64,000 nt of DNA from a virus. Under the pieces are notes generated by a model. The model was not told the origin of the DNA, ran no database searches, and was given only the letters and a program-made list of their open reading frames with translations. The DNA lies in IMG/VR virus record IMGVR_UViG_3300029286_000013. One strand, written 5' to 3'. This document shows, one piece after another, positions 9,317-19,614 of the stretch. The first letter of the stretch is position 1, and each line of letters begins with the position of its first letter. A program made the position numbers and the translations under genes.

Positions 9317-9527
9317 CTTCTTCTTTCAAAAAGGTTTCACAACTGTCACTAACATTTTTTGGAAATTCGTGTAATTTTTTTACAATTAATTCACACCTAT
9401 ACTTAAGAGTAATGATTGGTTGAGGAGGCTCATCTTCAGGGACACTTAACCAATACAACCCAGTCACTATAGCTAGTATAGCAAATATTTTTTGTTTGTG
9501 CAAGGCTATGTTTTCCCAAAAGTCCAT
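9303..9527 (-). CDS. Small membrane protein
   Basis: One TM helix; TATAAATA 5 nt before ATG. Confidence 0.65.
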   Translation of the reverse strand: MDFWENIALHKQKIFAILAIVTGLYWLSVPEDEPPQPIITLKYRCELIVKKLHEFPKNVSDSCETFLKEEDEIE

Positions 9528-9561
9528 ACAGATATTTATATCAATAAATGTGACAGAAATA

Positions 9562-9675
9562 TTATACCTCTACAATATAATAACAGCTATGTGGATAGGT
9601 TTCGTGTAGCCATTCTAACATACCTTCTTCGTATGGAAGAATGACTGACTTGTACTTGTTAGTAATATACCTCAC
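9562..9675 (-). CDS. Small hypothetical protein, 37 aa (not in ORF track)
   Basis: GTG start overlapping the upstream TGA; MRYITNKYKSVILPYEEGMLEWLHETYPHSCYYIVEV. Confidence 0.55.
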   Translation of the reverse strand: MRYITNKYKSVILPYEEGMLEWLHETYPHSCYYIVEV

Positions 9676-9980
9676 GCTACTAACCAACCTATTTCATCTT
9701 TTGTTTCAACAGATTCGGCTCCATCATATTCATTTATTTTAAACTCAGTGCCTTCGGGTATCCAAGCAACTTCTAAGTCCATCATACCACCATCGTAGAT
9801 TTCAGGATACTTCAATGCCACATAAGTTTGTAGTTCGTCAAACTTTTCGTCCACTACAAATTGTGCTATGGCAGGTTCAAAAATAAGTTCAGGCATAGTA
9901 GGGTTCCAAGTGAACCATCCTGCACCAAAGCCTGGGCTATACAATATAGCCACTTTTCCATCTTTAATTAATTTGTTCAT
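9672..9980 (-). CDS. Phage hypothetical protein
   Basis: YSPGFGAGW...INEYDGAES. Confidence 0.75.
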   Translation of the reverse strand: MNKLIKDGKVAILYSPGFGAGWFTWNPTMPELIFEPAIAQFVVDEKFDELQTYVALKYPEIYDGGMMDLEVAWIPEGTEFKINEYDGAESVETKDEIGWLVA

Positions 9981-9981
9981 T

Positions 9982-10209
9982 TTATCTCCAAGCGTTAACT
10001 AATCCTATTACACAAGTAACAATAGCCACAATGTTGACTACCAATTGCGGGCGATTCTGCACACGAATTGTCCATGTCATAAATGCAATTGTGCCCAATG
10101 TAAATGCTACAATATTGTAGGGATGTGCGTCAGGTCCAATTGCATTACAGATATGGCCAATAATAATGAATACTGCACCAATCCATTGTAATATATCGTT
10201 TAATTTCAT
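9982..10209 (-). CDS. Small membrane protein
   Basis: Three TM helices. Confidence 0.7.
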   Translation of the reverse strand: MKLNDILQWIGAVFIIIGHICNAIGPDAHPYNIVAFTLGTIAFMTWTIRVQNRPQLVVNIVAIVTCVIGLVNAWR

Positions 10210-10544
10210 TTTACTCCAAATGTGTTTAATGCTGGTTGTAATGTGTTAATCAATTCTGTCTCACGTGCGTGAGCAGGACGCTTACCACGAATAACTTCCA
10301 ACTTTCCAAATATAAAACGTTCAGCACCTCGCTCACGCAAGGCACGACTCAAACCCCAATTTTTGTTTTCAGTCATAGCCCGTTGCATATGTTTTTGCAT
10401 ACGACGGCGTAGTGTCAAAAACACATTGCCTTTATATGACAATGCAGTTAAACCGATGTAGTACTCAAGTGTTACTGTATCTTGGATGTAGTAAATCACT
10501 TGATTTCTATCAGTTCTACGTTTACGGACGATTTTTGAGTTCAT
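10206..10544 (-). CDS. GIY-YIG-like nuclease
   Basis: VIYYI...YYIGLT, RMQKH, ETELI...PALN; start moved to MNSK, 6 nt after the -10 box. Confidence 0.7.
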   Translation of the reverse strand: MNSKIVRKRRTDRNQVIYYIQDTVTLEYYIGLTALSYKGNVFLTLRRRMQKHMQRAMTENKNWGLSRALRERGAERFIFGKLEVIRGKRPAHARETELINTLQPALNTFGVK

Positions 10545-10550
10545 AGATGA

Positions 10551-10579
10551 ATTATACACGGATATCCATTTATTGTCAA
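10551..10579 (-). promoter_or_regulatory. sigma70-type early promoter (leaderless)
   Basis: TTGACA ATAAATGGATATCCGTG TATAAT. Confidence 0.88.
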
Positions 10580-10698
10580 ATATTGGCAAAAATCGCTAGA
10601 AGTGTATCAGTATGAGTTCCTGAATATTCTAGCGATTTTGAAGCCCCTGAGGGGGCAAAATGAGTACTTTTGTTTGTAAAAAATGTAGTACTTAAGTA

Positions 10699-10989
10699 TT
10701 AGTGTACTACTTCCCCTACAGAGGTATTCATGTAAGTTTTGATTTCTTTATTTAAGTCTTTTTGAGTATATCCTAAATCGGCTAATTCTTGTATTAATGC
10801 TACAAATAATCCATGAGTAGCAACACCAGGAATATAATCAATATCGTCATTATCATTTTCAAATTCTTCTAATAATGGTAATAATGTATCATATATAAAA
10901 TCACATGCTAATAATGCACTTTTTTCTATTTGTTCTACTTCTTCACTAGTACTAACCATTTTAACTTCTTTTGCCATAATATTACTCAC
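10699..10989 (-). CDS. Acidic hypothetical protein
   Basis: 96-aa ORF. Confidence 0.65.
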   Translation of the reverse strand: MSNIMAKEVKMVSTSEEVEQIEKSALLACDFIYDTLLPLLEEFENDNDDIDYIPGVATHGLFVALIQELADLGYTQKDLNKEIKTYMNTSVGEVVH

Positions 10990-11431
10990 TTATTGTTTTA
11001 GTATATTCATAGTTAATGGATTCTATATTCTCACGGAATATAATAGCACCATTTTTTAAATGAAATCTTCTAGCCATTTCTGTTTTAGGACTTAATGTCA
11101 CAAATCTATTTACACTAGGATATTGCTCCTGAATACCTTTTACCGCTTGTATTAATAAATCACGACCTTTACCGGCTTTATAACTCCAAATAGTATAGAA
11201 TACTGCGGTAGTCGGAACTTCAGATACATTAGATAAATCATCTACCCCGGCTGGAACAAAATCATGGAAACTAACACATACCATTGCATCTGGATCATCG
11301 TCATTATTGGATAATGCCGCAACCATTCTACCATTACTAACTCTAAAGTCAGTTGGTATTTCTGGTCTTACTGGGTCGTCTTTAATAAAGTTTAATAGTT
11401 TGTGTGTTAGGTCTGTGATGAAGTGTAACAT
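10982..11431 (-). CDS. GNAT-like phage protein
   Basis: FYTIWSYKAGKGRDL...VTLSPKTEMARRFHLKNGA; SD AAGGA before MLHF. Confidence 0.6.
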   Translation of the reverse strand: MLHFITDLTHKLLNFIKDDPVRPEIPTDFRVSNGRMVAALSNNDDDPDAMVCVSFHDFVPAGVDDLSNVSEVPTTAVFYTIWSYKAGKGRDLLIQAVKGIQEQYPSVNRFVTLSPKTEMARRFHLKNGAIIFRENIESINYEYTKTISE

Positions 11432-11525
11432 GGTTATCCTTAGGGTAGTGTTATTCGTATTTAGCACAGATTTAATAATATGCTATTATTTATGATGTTT
11501 TTAATGACCGACTAAATATGTACAT

Positions 11526-12038
11526 ATGAGCCAAGACTTAATAAAAGTAATAGAGCCAATTGATATTGTACCTTTGATAAAATTCTATTATATGAATGAG
11601 AAAAATATCCGTTGGGGTACACACGGGAAAAAAGGTAGACAATCCGGTATTCAATATAAACAGGGTGAAGATCCTTTTGAAGGGTCAGTTGGATTCAGTA
11701 AAGGTGATGAATTGTTACATGATACACTAAATCCATTGTATAAAGATAGTATTTTGGAAACTATTATTACCAAATATAAATTGTACAGAAGTAGGTTTAT
11801 GTGGGTAAATCCCATGTCATGTTATAGTTTACATAAAGATTCTACTCCTAGAATTCACATTCCATTAATAACTAACCCATCCTGTTATTTTGTTTTTAAA
11901 GAAAATAATACACCTAACGGGATAATTCAGCATTTACCAATTGGATCAGTATATTGGACTAACACTATAGTTCCGCATACTTTTATGAATTGCTCAGATT
12001 CACCTAGACTGCATCTTGTGGGAGTTGTTGGTAAATGA
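11526..12038 (+). CDS. 2OG-Fe(II)/AspH-like oxygenase
   Basis: HKD...RIHIPL...H...RLHLV. Confidence 0.75.
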   Translation: MSQDLIKVIEPIDIVPLIKFYYMNEKNIRWGTHGKKGRQSGIQYKQGEDPFEGSVGFSKGDELLHDTLNPLYKDSILETIITKYKLYRSRFMWVNPMSCYSLHKDSTPRIHIPLITNPSCYFVFKENNTPNGIIQHLPIGSVYWTNTIVPHTFMNCSDSPRLHLVGVVGK

Positions 12039-13066
12039 GGTGTAGTTGGGCAGACCATGTCATGGTAGTAAATTTAGATGGATTTACAAGACCGTGTTGT
12101 CAAGCGTCATCATCTACTGCCATAATGGCTCCTATCTCGATTGGTATAAAAAATGCTTGGAATTCTCCTAAATTAAACGATTTAAGAAATGAGTTAGATA
12201 TTGGTTATACTACTAAAATTAAAAATATATGTTCAAGGTGTTCTGGTGCAGAGAAATTAGGTTTAGACAGTCTTAGGATGAACTCAGATTTTTTTCCCAA
12301 CGAGAACAACACCCTCCTTAAGGGAATACAATTTAAGTTAAGTAATAGATGCCAGTTAACTTGTGCCCATTGCGAACCATATCTATCAAGCTCTTGGGGT
12401 AAATTACAAGGTAAATCTGTATTCATACAAGATGCAATTAAACAGGATCAACAAGATAAACTTATCAATGAATTAATTGAAATATTGCCCTCGCTCGAAT
12501 GGATCAAGTTTACTGGCGGTGAGCCATGGATGGATCCATTACATTGGAAAATATTAGAACAATTAAGTAAGATTGATAGAAGTAATTGTAAATTATATTA
12601 TATTACTAATGGGCTAGCAACATTTGATTCTGAATTGTGGGATGGGTGGAAGGCAATTAATATTACACTAAGTGTAGATGGACATAAGGAATCATTCGAA
12701 TGGTTTCGGCGTGGTGCAAATTGGAATAAATTAGTAAATGTAACTAATATCTTAACAAATATAAAAAATGTCAACCTACAAATATCTTATTGTATCACTC
12801 CCTGGACAGTATCTGATTGGGCTGAGGCAAAAGAATTTTGGAAATTACCAATTATACCCCAACCTGTTGTTATACCGTGGCATTCTTCATTAACCAGTTT
12901 GAGTACTGATATGATTAGATTGCCATTAGATACACCTTTCATAGACTTAATAGGAAAACACCCAGTAGAAATTAAAAAATTGAGACAGTGGGCTATCGAA
13001 TGGGATACTATTTGGGATACTAAAGGCTGGTCTGAAAAAATACATCCATGGGTATTTAAATGTTAA
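12035..13066 (+). CDS. Radical SAM protein with N-terminal SPASM/twitch-like Cys cluster
   Basis: CQLTCAHC, TGGEP, N-terminal C..RPCC..CSRC. Confidence 0.88.
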   Translation: MRCSWADHVMVVNLDGFTRPCCQASSSTAIMAPISIGIKNAWNSPKLNDLRNELDIGYTTKIKNICSRCSGAEKLGLDSLRMNSDFFPNENNTLLKGIQFKLSNRCQLTCAHCEPYLSSSWGKLQGKSVFIQDAIKQDQQDKLINELIEILPSLEWIKFTGGEPWMDPLHWKILEQLSKIDRSNCKLYYITNGLATFDSELWDGWKAINITLSVDGHKESFEWFRRGANWNKLVNVTNILTNIKNVNLQISYCITPWTVSDWAEAKEFWKLPIIPQPVVIPWHSSLTSLSTDMIRLPLDTPFIDLIGKHPVEIKKLRQWAIEWDTIWDTKGWSEKIHPWVFKC

Positions 13067-13713
13067 TAGAATATCTCCCGACCTCAGATTATTTTTCTAA
13101 TTTTTTAGAATGGAATACTAATCAAACAATATTAGATTTTGGTAGTAATTATGGTAATTTGTTAAAAAGTAATAAAATTATAAATCCTAAACAATATACT
13201 GGTATTGATGTAGATAAACAAGCAATAAAAGTAGGAAAAATAATTCATCCAAATGCCAATTGGATGTGGTATAACAGGTTTAATCCGGCATATAATCATA
13301 CAGGAAACAATGAGTTACCTAGTTTTAATAAAACGTATGATATTATAATCAGCTATAGCGTGTTTTCTCATACGACGGCTGATGATATGATAGAAATGAT
13401 AGACCATTTGTTCAAATACTTAAATAACAATGGTAGTATATATTTTACCTATTGCAATATTAATAATAGAAAACTGGTTGAATGGTTTAGAAATAGAAGA
13501 ACAGATTGTGATGAGGTACCCACTGAGTGGGATTATGCGTATTTGACTGATAACAAACTAAGTGACGGATACCCTTCAAATAAGTGTGTTCATTTTGTAT
13601 CATTTTATAAAGAAGATTGGATTACTAATTTGTTAAATAAATTTAATCCAGTATCATATCCTGCACCGGGCGGCAGATGGCAACAAGATTGTATGATTTT
13701 AACTAAGAAATAA
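13060..13713 (+). CDS. Class I SAM-dependent methyltransferase
   Basis: ILDFGSNYG, YTGIDV, YDIIISYSVFSH. Confidence 0.85.
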   Translation: MLIEYLPTSDYFSNFLEWNTNQTILDFGSNYGNLLKSNKIINPKQYTGIDVDKQAIKVGKIIHPNANWMWYNRFNPAYNHTGNNELPSFNKTYDIIISYSVFSHTTADDMIEMIDHLFKYLNNNGSIYFTYCNINNRKLVEWFRNRRTDCDEVPTEWDYAYLTDNKLSDGYPSNKCVHFVSFYKEDWITNLLNKFNPVSYPAPGGRWQQDCMILTKK

Positions 13714-13716
13714 ATT

Positions 13717-14328
13717 ATGGAAGATATTTTTAATACATCGTTCGATTCTATTACCAACCCATACGAATCGTTTTCACATGGATTAGTGTCAAGCAAACTA
13801 TGGTTATGTGAGAAGTTAGAAAAAGTGATTGATAATGAAAATATCGTTAATCCTTCATTGCATATGTTAGCAAGTTGGGATAACTTATTAACTTTTATGT
13901 TATTAACAAGACGACCTAAATTTTACGGAGTAGTGAATGCCTATGATATGGATTCAAAATCAACTACTAATGCAAACAAGATATGTGATTATTGGAAATT
14001 TGAGTATCCAAAAGTATATAATCATACACAGGACATAAACACACTTTCCTTTAGTAATACCGGAACTGAATCTATTTTTATAAACACCAGTGTTGACCAA
14101 ATTGATAATACTACTTGGTATGATATTATACCCAAAGATAAGTTAGTTTGCTTACAGACTACCAATTTACCAACTACTACAACTGAATGGCATATTAAAC
14201 AAAGTTATAATATTATTACTGATTTTACCGAAACATATAAAGTAAGTAGGCTTATATATTGTGATTCAATTGATATTAATTATGGGCATTTAAAATTTAA
14301 ACGCCACATGATGATTGGTATTAAGTAG
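13717..14328 (+). CDS. Methyltransferase-like phage protein
   Basis: SKLWL...INTS...RHMMIG pattern; degenerate SAM motif. Confidence 0.5.
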   Translation: MEDIFNTSFDSITNPYESFSHGLVSSKLWLCEKLEKVIDNENIVNPSLHMLASWDNLLTFMLLTRRPKFYGVVNAYDMDSKSTTNANKICDYWKFEYPKVYNHTQDINTLSFSNTGTESIFINTSVDQIDNTTWYDIIPKDKLVCLQTTNLPTTTTEWHIKQSYNIITDFTETYKVSRLIYCDSIDINYGHLKFKRHMMIGIK

Positions 14329-15514
14329 CATCTTTCATATAGTATTTTTTACTATATACACCCAATGTTCCTTGATATGGATCTTCTTTATTAAATATTT
14401 TTGGAAATGATGTTTTTAAATAGTTCATTGCCTCAGTAAAATTCTGTGCAGATTGCCAATTGTTTTCTAAACCAGCAGTAATCAAACGCTGAAACATTGT
14501 TTCTCGGCCGTTATTTTTATACTTACTAGTACCATTTTGTATTCCCAAATTTATATTCCATGCGGCACCTCTTCCAGATGAAATACAAAAATCATCATAA
14601 TACTTACTATGTGAGTCCCCGCAATATTCTTTTAAAAATTCATTGGTTATCATACTAGGCCTTTTTAGTATTGATGTGGGAGTTATTGAGAAACTACTAT
14701 CACTAGGTGATCTAAACTTACTATTAAGTATAGGGTCAATCTGTTCTATTTGATATTCGGTGCCACCATATACTTTTTCAATATGATTTAATGTCATCCA
14801 ACTTTGTTTTAAATGAATCTTGGGCATATTAGGTGAATAATAAAATAATTCAATATTAGGAATATCTGTAATAAATGTTTCCATTGTTTTATCAATGATA
14901 GTTGAATAATATTTACCTTCTTCTAATATAATTCTAGGTTTATCTACTCCCAATATAATTCCATGATTGGGTTCGTCGGCATGCATTATTTGTTTTACAT
15001 AGAAGCTGAAGTTGGTTGGTTGAAAATAACCATGAACCAATGCTGTTGCAGGATTTTCTAGCCAATCATCTTTGAAATAGTTATCGAATTCTTCAGGACC
15101 TACATCTACTGTAGTTACTTTTGTATTTGGATATGTGCGTAAAAAATTATGTACATGCGGATAAATTAATCTAATTAATTCATCCTGCCGCATATGGTTG
15201 GTTTTTAAATTCAGTAAAACAATTTCATCTAATGGTATATTAAAGTAATAAAAACATTTTAATATATGATGACTATCACGTCCTGCACTATAAAACAAAC
15301 TGAGTTTTTTATATTGCTGGCGTAATGTGATGCATCGTTCATAACAAATTTCGTCCCATGATTCTTCTGGTTCTTTCGTCCAATCAAGTGAGTCATATTC
15401 TGTATTATAAAAATAAAATTCAGGCATGATACCTAATTTATTTGCGGCTCGCCATGCGTCAAATTGACTTGATGTACGTTGCCCTTCAACAATCCAGTGT
15501 GGTAAGTAATGCAT
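14321..15514 (-). CDS. PP-loop (adenine nucleotide alpha-hydrolase-like) protein (paralog 2)
   Basis: LFYSAGRDSH; GVDKP. Confidence 0.6.
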   Translation of the reverse strand: MHYLPHWIVEGQRTSSQFDAWRAANKLGIMPEFYFYNTEYDSLDWTKEPEESWDEICYERCITLRQQYKKLSLFYSAGRDSHHILKCFYYFNIPLDEIVLLNLKTNHMRQDELIRLIYPHVHNFLRTYPNTKVTTVDVGPEEFDNYFKDDWLENPATALVHGYFQPTNFSFYVKQIMHADEPNHGIILGVDKPRIILEEGKYYSTIIDKTMETFITDIPNIELFYYSPNMPKIHLKQSWMTLNHIEKVYGGTEYQIEQIDPILNSKFRSPSDSSFSITPTSILKRPSMITNEFLKEYCGDSHSKYYDDFCISSGRGAAWNINLGIQNGTSKYKNNGRETMFQRLITAGLENNWQSAQNFTEAMNYLKTSFPKIFNKEDPYQGTLGVYSKKYYMKDAT

Positions 15515-16401
15515 TATTTCCCCGAAAATTGTTTAACCATGCGTACAATGTCACTTGTTGATAAGAATACAGGATGCGAACTATTAGCTTCAAGTTTTTG
15601 CACAACATCTATATCTTTCCCGCATGTATGTATTGCTTTAATAATCATATTGCGTGTATCTTTATCTAATGCTGGTTGTACACTTAATATCAATCCCAAT
15701 CCAATTGGTGATTTAGCTAATTTGGAACTATAAGTTCCTACATTAGAATGATTGAATTTGGTAGCATAAGTTTTATCAAATGTGCTTGTCATAATTTGTA
15801 TTCTATTAGCTTCTACTAACGGTCTTGCTCCGATGAATGTATCTACAAACATATCTAGGTTACCATTGACAACATCAGTTAATCCTTGCACACTAGTTTT
15901 ATACGGTACTATTTGAAACTGTGCATTCATATCTTTAAAGATAGTTTCTGATAAGAATGTGCCGGACGCTGAGGGTGATCCTATATTAAGTATTCTACCT
16001 TTATTGTCAGCAACTAATTCGTCAAGTGATTTGTACTTACCTGCTTTCGCAACAAACACTAAAGGAGTAGAGTTCATGTATACTAATGGATTTATATCTT
16101 CAAGTAAATCCACTCCGGGAAACTTACTCAATGTATTCAATCCAAAGTTGCCCATAAGTAAGTGGGTAGTGTTATCAGTATCGTTAGCGGCTTGTAATGC
16201 TTTAAGAGCTACTAAACCTTCGGCGCCGGGTTTGTACTCTTTAAGAATATTGATATTTTGTTTCTTTAAACAAGGTGCATAAGTTTCAATACTTACATCC
16301 GATCCAGAGCCAGGACCAGATGATAATATAAACTTAAATGTGTGTGATTGGGCATTTGCTATTCCAAATGCTAAAAATAATAGTGCTAATAGTTTTTTCA
16401 T
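15514..16401 (-). CDS. Bug/TctC-family periplasmic substrate-binding protein (divergent)
   Basis: Signal peptide, GPGSGSD, KPGAEG, IVPYK, DVVNGNLD. Confidence 0.75.
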   Translation of the reverse strand: MKKLLALLFLAFGIANAQSHTFKFILSSGPGSGSDVSIETYAPCLKKQNINILKEYKPGAEGLVALKALQAANDTDNTTHLLMGNFGLNTLSKFPGVDLLEDINPLVYMNSTPLVFVAKAGKYKSLDELVADNKGRILNIGSPSASGTFLSETIFKDMNAQFQIVPYKTSVQGLTDVVNGNLDMFVDTFIGARPLVEANRIQIMTSTFDKTYATKFNHSNVGTYSSKLAKSPIGLGLILSVQPALDKDTRNMIIKAIHTCGKDIDVVQKLEANSSHPVFLSTSDIVRMVKQFSGK

Positions 16402-16424
16402 CTAACTATTTATATAGAGATAAA

Positions 16425-16512
16425 GCTCACTTTAGATTTCCTAGTAGCGAATTAGTACGTCAAGCCAGCAGCCGGCTACACCACGGTAACAAGTACCGGT
16501 CCTAAGGTGTGT
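16425..16512 (-). ncRNA. Candidate structured RNA (unknown family)
   Basis: GC-rich intergenic; helices ACACC/GGTGT, CGGTA/TACCG, AGCCGG/CTGGCT, TTCGCT/AGTGAG. Confidence 0.5.
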
Positions 16513-17316
16513 TCATTTTAAACCTAAGCTTTTGCGGATACTTGTAGCACTGATGCTGTGTATCGCTTCATTGAAGGTTTCTTGTTCTATTTTATACCCA
16601 ACATCACGTCCATATGTAATATTCACGATGTTTGGTACTACTTGAATTTCATATTGTCCTTGATATACCATATCCAAATCACGCTTAATGAATGATTTTA
16701 CTTTTTCAATTTCAAAAGGATTACTACCTTGCCAGCCTTGACAGTCACGAATTTGAATAACAACTTGCCCTGTTTTAGCAATAGCACGTTCGAATAAAGC
16801 ACGATGCCCTTCGTGCCAAGGTTGCCAACGTCCTAACATCTGCACAGTTTCTTTTTTCCAATCAAATACAGGACGTCTGCGATTGTCTAAAATATGTGCG
16901 GCAACAAACTCTCCCCATTTTTCTGACTTTTGTTCTGTGATTCTAAAATCATACACGTCCGGAGGAATAAATGCCTTGTTAGTATCTTCGTATCTGCCTT
17001 CACTGATAGTATCAACCCATACTGTCCAGTCTGCTTTAAAGTTATTACGCATCTCAACTAATGGTGCAACAAAGTCACAGATAACATAATCTACATCGGT
17101 CATTGCATCTGCAAGTTCACGCATACGTAAACTTTGACGAATTCGCCCTTCAGTACTAAAGTCCCAGTCATTGTACTTCTTACGCACATCATCGGCGTTT
17201 AACCAACCTACACGTTTTTTATCTGCTTGCAAATGGTCAACAATGTGCTGAGCCAAATAAGTCTTACCTGCGCCCGGCAGGCCCATTACTAATATTCGTT
17301 TAGAACCATGAATCAT
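16513..17316 (-). CDS. Adenylylsulfate-kinase-like domain fused to a HIGH-type nucleotidyltransferase
   Basis: GLPGAGKT, LNADDVR, DFSTEGR; GRWQPWHEGH and ISATSIR. Confidence 0.85.
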   Translation of the reverse strand: MIHGSKRILVMGLPGAGKTYLAQHIVDHLQADKKRVGWLNADDVRKKYNDWDFSTEGRIRQSLRMRELADAMTDVDYVICDFVAPLVEMRNNFKADWTVWVDTISEGRYEDTNKAFIPPDVYDFRITEQKSEKWGEFVAAHILDNRRRPVFDWKKETVQMLGRWQPWHEGHRALFERAIAKTGQVVIQIRDCQGWQGSNPFEIEKVKSFIKRDLDMVYQGQYEIQVVPNIVNITYGRDVGYKIEQETFNEAIHSISATSIRKSLGLK

Positions 17317-17986
17317 TTTTTAACTCCAATTGATGACTATCAAATCTCTTTAACCTATTTAAGAAATCGTTTGTTTTTTCAGTGATGACACCGGTTAGTT
17401 GAAACGTAACTCTTGGATTGTGTCCTGCATTAGCAGTACTGTGAGGAAGATTCTGCCAATCAAATGTTGTTACATCTCCTGCACGCCATTGCTGATGATT
17501 GTAGTTACCATAAGACCAGAAATGACCTTGCTCCCAATCAGTCAATGCAACCTGAACACGCATAATCATCCATGGTGTCTCTGGTGCCCACTTCTCTAAT
17601 TTATCTAAATGCAGATTCCAAACTTCACCGGGCATCTGAACGTGAATACGTTCCATACAATCACCCAATGCAAACAACTCAGTAATTTTTTTTAAGTTAG
17701 GAGTTATCTCCCAATTCAAATGAGTGATTTGATAATCTACGCCATAACCAAAACGTTCCAAATCATAATCTTCACTTGCTAATTCTACCTCAGGTCTAGA
17801 CTTAGCAACAGCACCTCTGGTACGCCATGTTGCAGGTTTGGCTGTTGCTACTGCATGTTTAACATCTTCACTATAGTCAGCAGTGATTTTACCAAGTCTA
17901 ATTACTTTATCAACCTGTGAATCATTTTTGAAATTATCAAAATGATACTTACTTTTTTGTTTACTTTGTTCCCAATTGCTTATCAT
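17300..17986 (-). CDS. 2OG-Fe(II)/cupin-like oxygenase
   Basis: LHLD...PHSTAN...PRVTFQ. Confidence 0.65.
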   Translation of the reverse strand: MISNWEQSKQKSKYHFDNFKNDSQVDKVIRLGKITADYSEDVKHAVATAKPATWRTRGAVAKSRPEVELASEDYDLERFGYGVDYQITHLNWEITPNLKKITELFALGDCMERIHVQMPGEVWNLHLDKLEKWAPETPWMIMRVQVALTDWEQGHFWSYGNYNHQQWRAGDVTTFDWQNLPHSTANAGHNPRVTFQLTGVITEKTNDFLNRLKRFDSHQLELKNDSWF

Positions 17987-18602
17987 ATCACTGTTACCCT
18001 TACATCTGTTGCACCGTAGTCTTGATAATATTCACTCGGTGGTAGTTCTATATTTAGCATCTTGCAAGCATGTGATTAGTTAATGGGACTTTGCTTGGAT
18101 ACTTGTACGTTGCTTTGATGATGCCCTGATTCTGTTCTTTAATCTTAGTAGACATTACTTTTAAGTTCTGATAGTATTCACTATAGTCAGGATATGTGAT
18201 ATCAAAATGCCCGCATTTGACCCACCAACCTAAACAAGCGTCATCAGGACGATGTACTAATATGATAGGACAATCAGGCCAAGTTTGTTTAATGTAATCA
18301 ATGTGATTGCTAAAGACATGGCTCTTAATGATACGAACTCCTTCACCAGTGAATGCTTCATCAAAGTCACGCTCTAACGTTTCTCTGTCATACATAGGAA
18401 GCCTATGAAACAACTTACCAAACTCCATACCAGGATCATAATATGCACCTAGATGCATTAGTTCATTTTTACCAGACGCATCATGGTAATATGTTCTACT
18501 ATCACTATAATCAGATTGGTCTATGTTTGGGCTATAGTAAATGTTCTTTACTACGCTACTCCACTTACTGCCAGGAGCTCCTGCTACAAATATATACTTC
18601 AT
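17983..18602 (-). CDS. Sulfotransferase-like protein, probably frameshifted near 18062
   Basis: GAPGSKWS, IIKSH, VHR; track ORF stops at 18054, but another frame continues to an ATGA overlap at 17983. Confidence 0.55.
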
Positions 18603-19555
18603 TCGGGTTTAATCTTCTTTGCTATTTGAATCCAATCTCTACGCAATAGTGCCATACTAGCATGGACACCTTCTGGAGAATGTTCTCTTGTAGTTATGAA
18701 CATTAAGTTCTCATCAAATTTTTCTTTTGCTTCTTTGCTACGAATTGCAGGTACAAAGTTTTCCTGATACCATTTCTGTATCTCAGGACTTGTTCCCTTG
18801 GGTAGAACTAAGTTCCAGCAACCATATAAGTTTAATCCAGGTGCATACTTACTCATTAATGGAGCAGATTCAAGCCCTTTAAGGGGTACTTCGCTTGCTA
18901 ATCCAATAAGTTTTAATTTGCCTGCTTTAACGTGTGGGTATCCTACACCAACCGGAGTAACTGCAAACTCAGCGTGGCCTCCCATAACATCTAATAATGC
19001 TTGTGCAGGACCTTTATACATAGCTGTCTCAACTCTATCGCCACCGGGCACATTAAGTTTTGTAGTTAAGTATTCAACGGCTAACTTATGTCCACCGCCA
19101 CCAATTGCAAAGTTGATAGGGCGTTTCTTTTCACGTATCTCTCTAATTAAGTCTTCCGGTGTATTGACTTTACTATTAGGATTAGCCCAGAATGCTAACG
19201 GGCTACGTGCTATATTGGCAACTGGTTCAAAGTCATATATGTTATATTTTAACATTTGTGGGAACCAGACTTCAGCAGTAATCCATTGACTATTACAGGC
19301 AGGAACTGCAACAGTATGACCGTCATTTGGAACAGTATTGAAATGATTCATTGCTATGTTACCGTCTGCTCCTGCACGATGCTCTCTTTTAAAAGTTACT
19401 CCTGTCTTGTTACTCACTATATCTGCTACAAGGAAAAATGATATCTCATTCCCTGCACCCGGGCCGTTCGGGAATATAACTGTAATCGGTTTAGTTGGTT
19501 GCCATGCAAATGCAACTAATGGTATAAATGCTAATAATGCTAAAAGTTTTTTCAT
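18599..19555 (-). CDS. Bug/TctC-family periplasmic substrate-binding protein
   Basis: PTKPITVIFPNGPGAG, DGHT, YKGPAQALLDVMGGH, LPKGTS; SD GGAGG. Confidence 0.9.
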   Translation of the reverse strand: MKKLLALLAFIPLVAFAWQPTKPITVIFPNGPGAGNEISFFLVADIVSNKTGVTFKREHRAGADGNIAMNHFNTVPNDGHTVAVPACNSQWITAEVWFPQMLKYNIYDFEPVANIARSPLAFWANPNSKVNTPEDLIREIREKKRPINFAIGGGGHKLAVEYLTTKLNVPGGDRVETAMYKGPAQALLDVMGGHAEFAVTPVGVGYPHVKAGKLKLIGLASEVPLKGLESAPLMSKYAPGLNLYGCWNLVLPKGTSPEIQKWYQENFVPAIRSKEAKEKFDENLMFITTREHSPEGVHASMALLRRDWIQIAKKIKPE

Positions 19556-19614
19556 CAGTCCTCCGAGAATAAATATGATGAACATATATTTATGCCATTT
19601 AACAAAAAATTACT

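Noticed and set aside
16470-16512. Twister or pistol ribozyme call from GGTCCTAAG / TTAGGAC
   Set aside because: The partner strands required for those pseudoknots were not found; left as unknown RNA.
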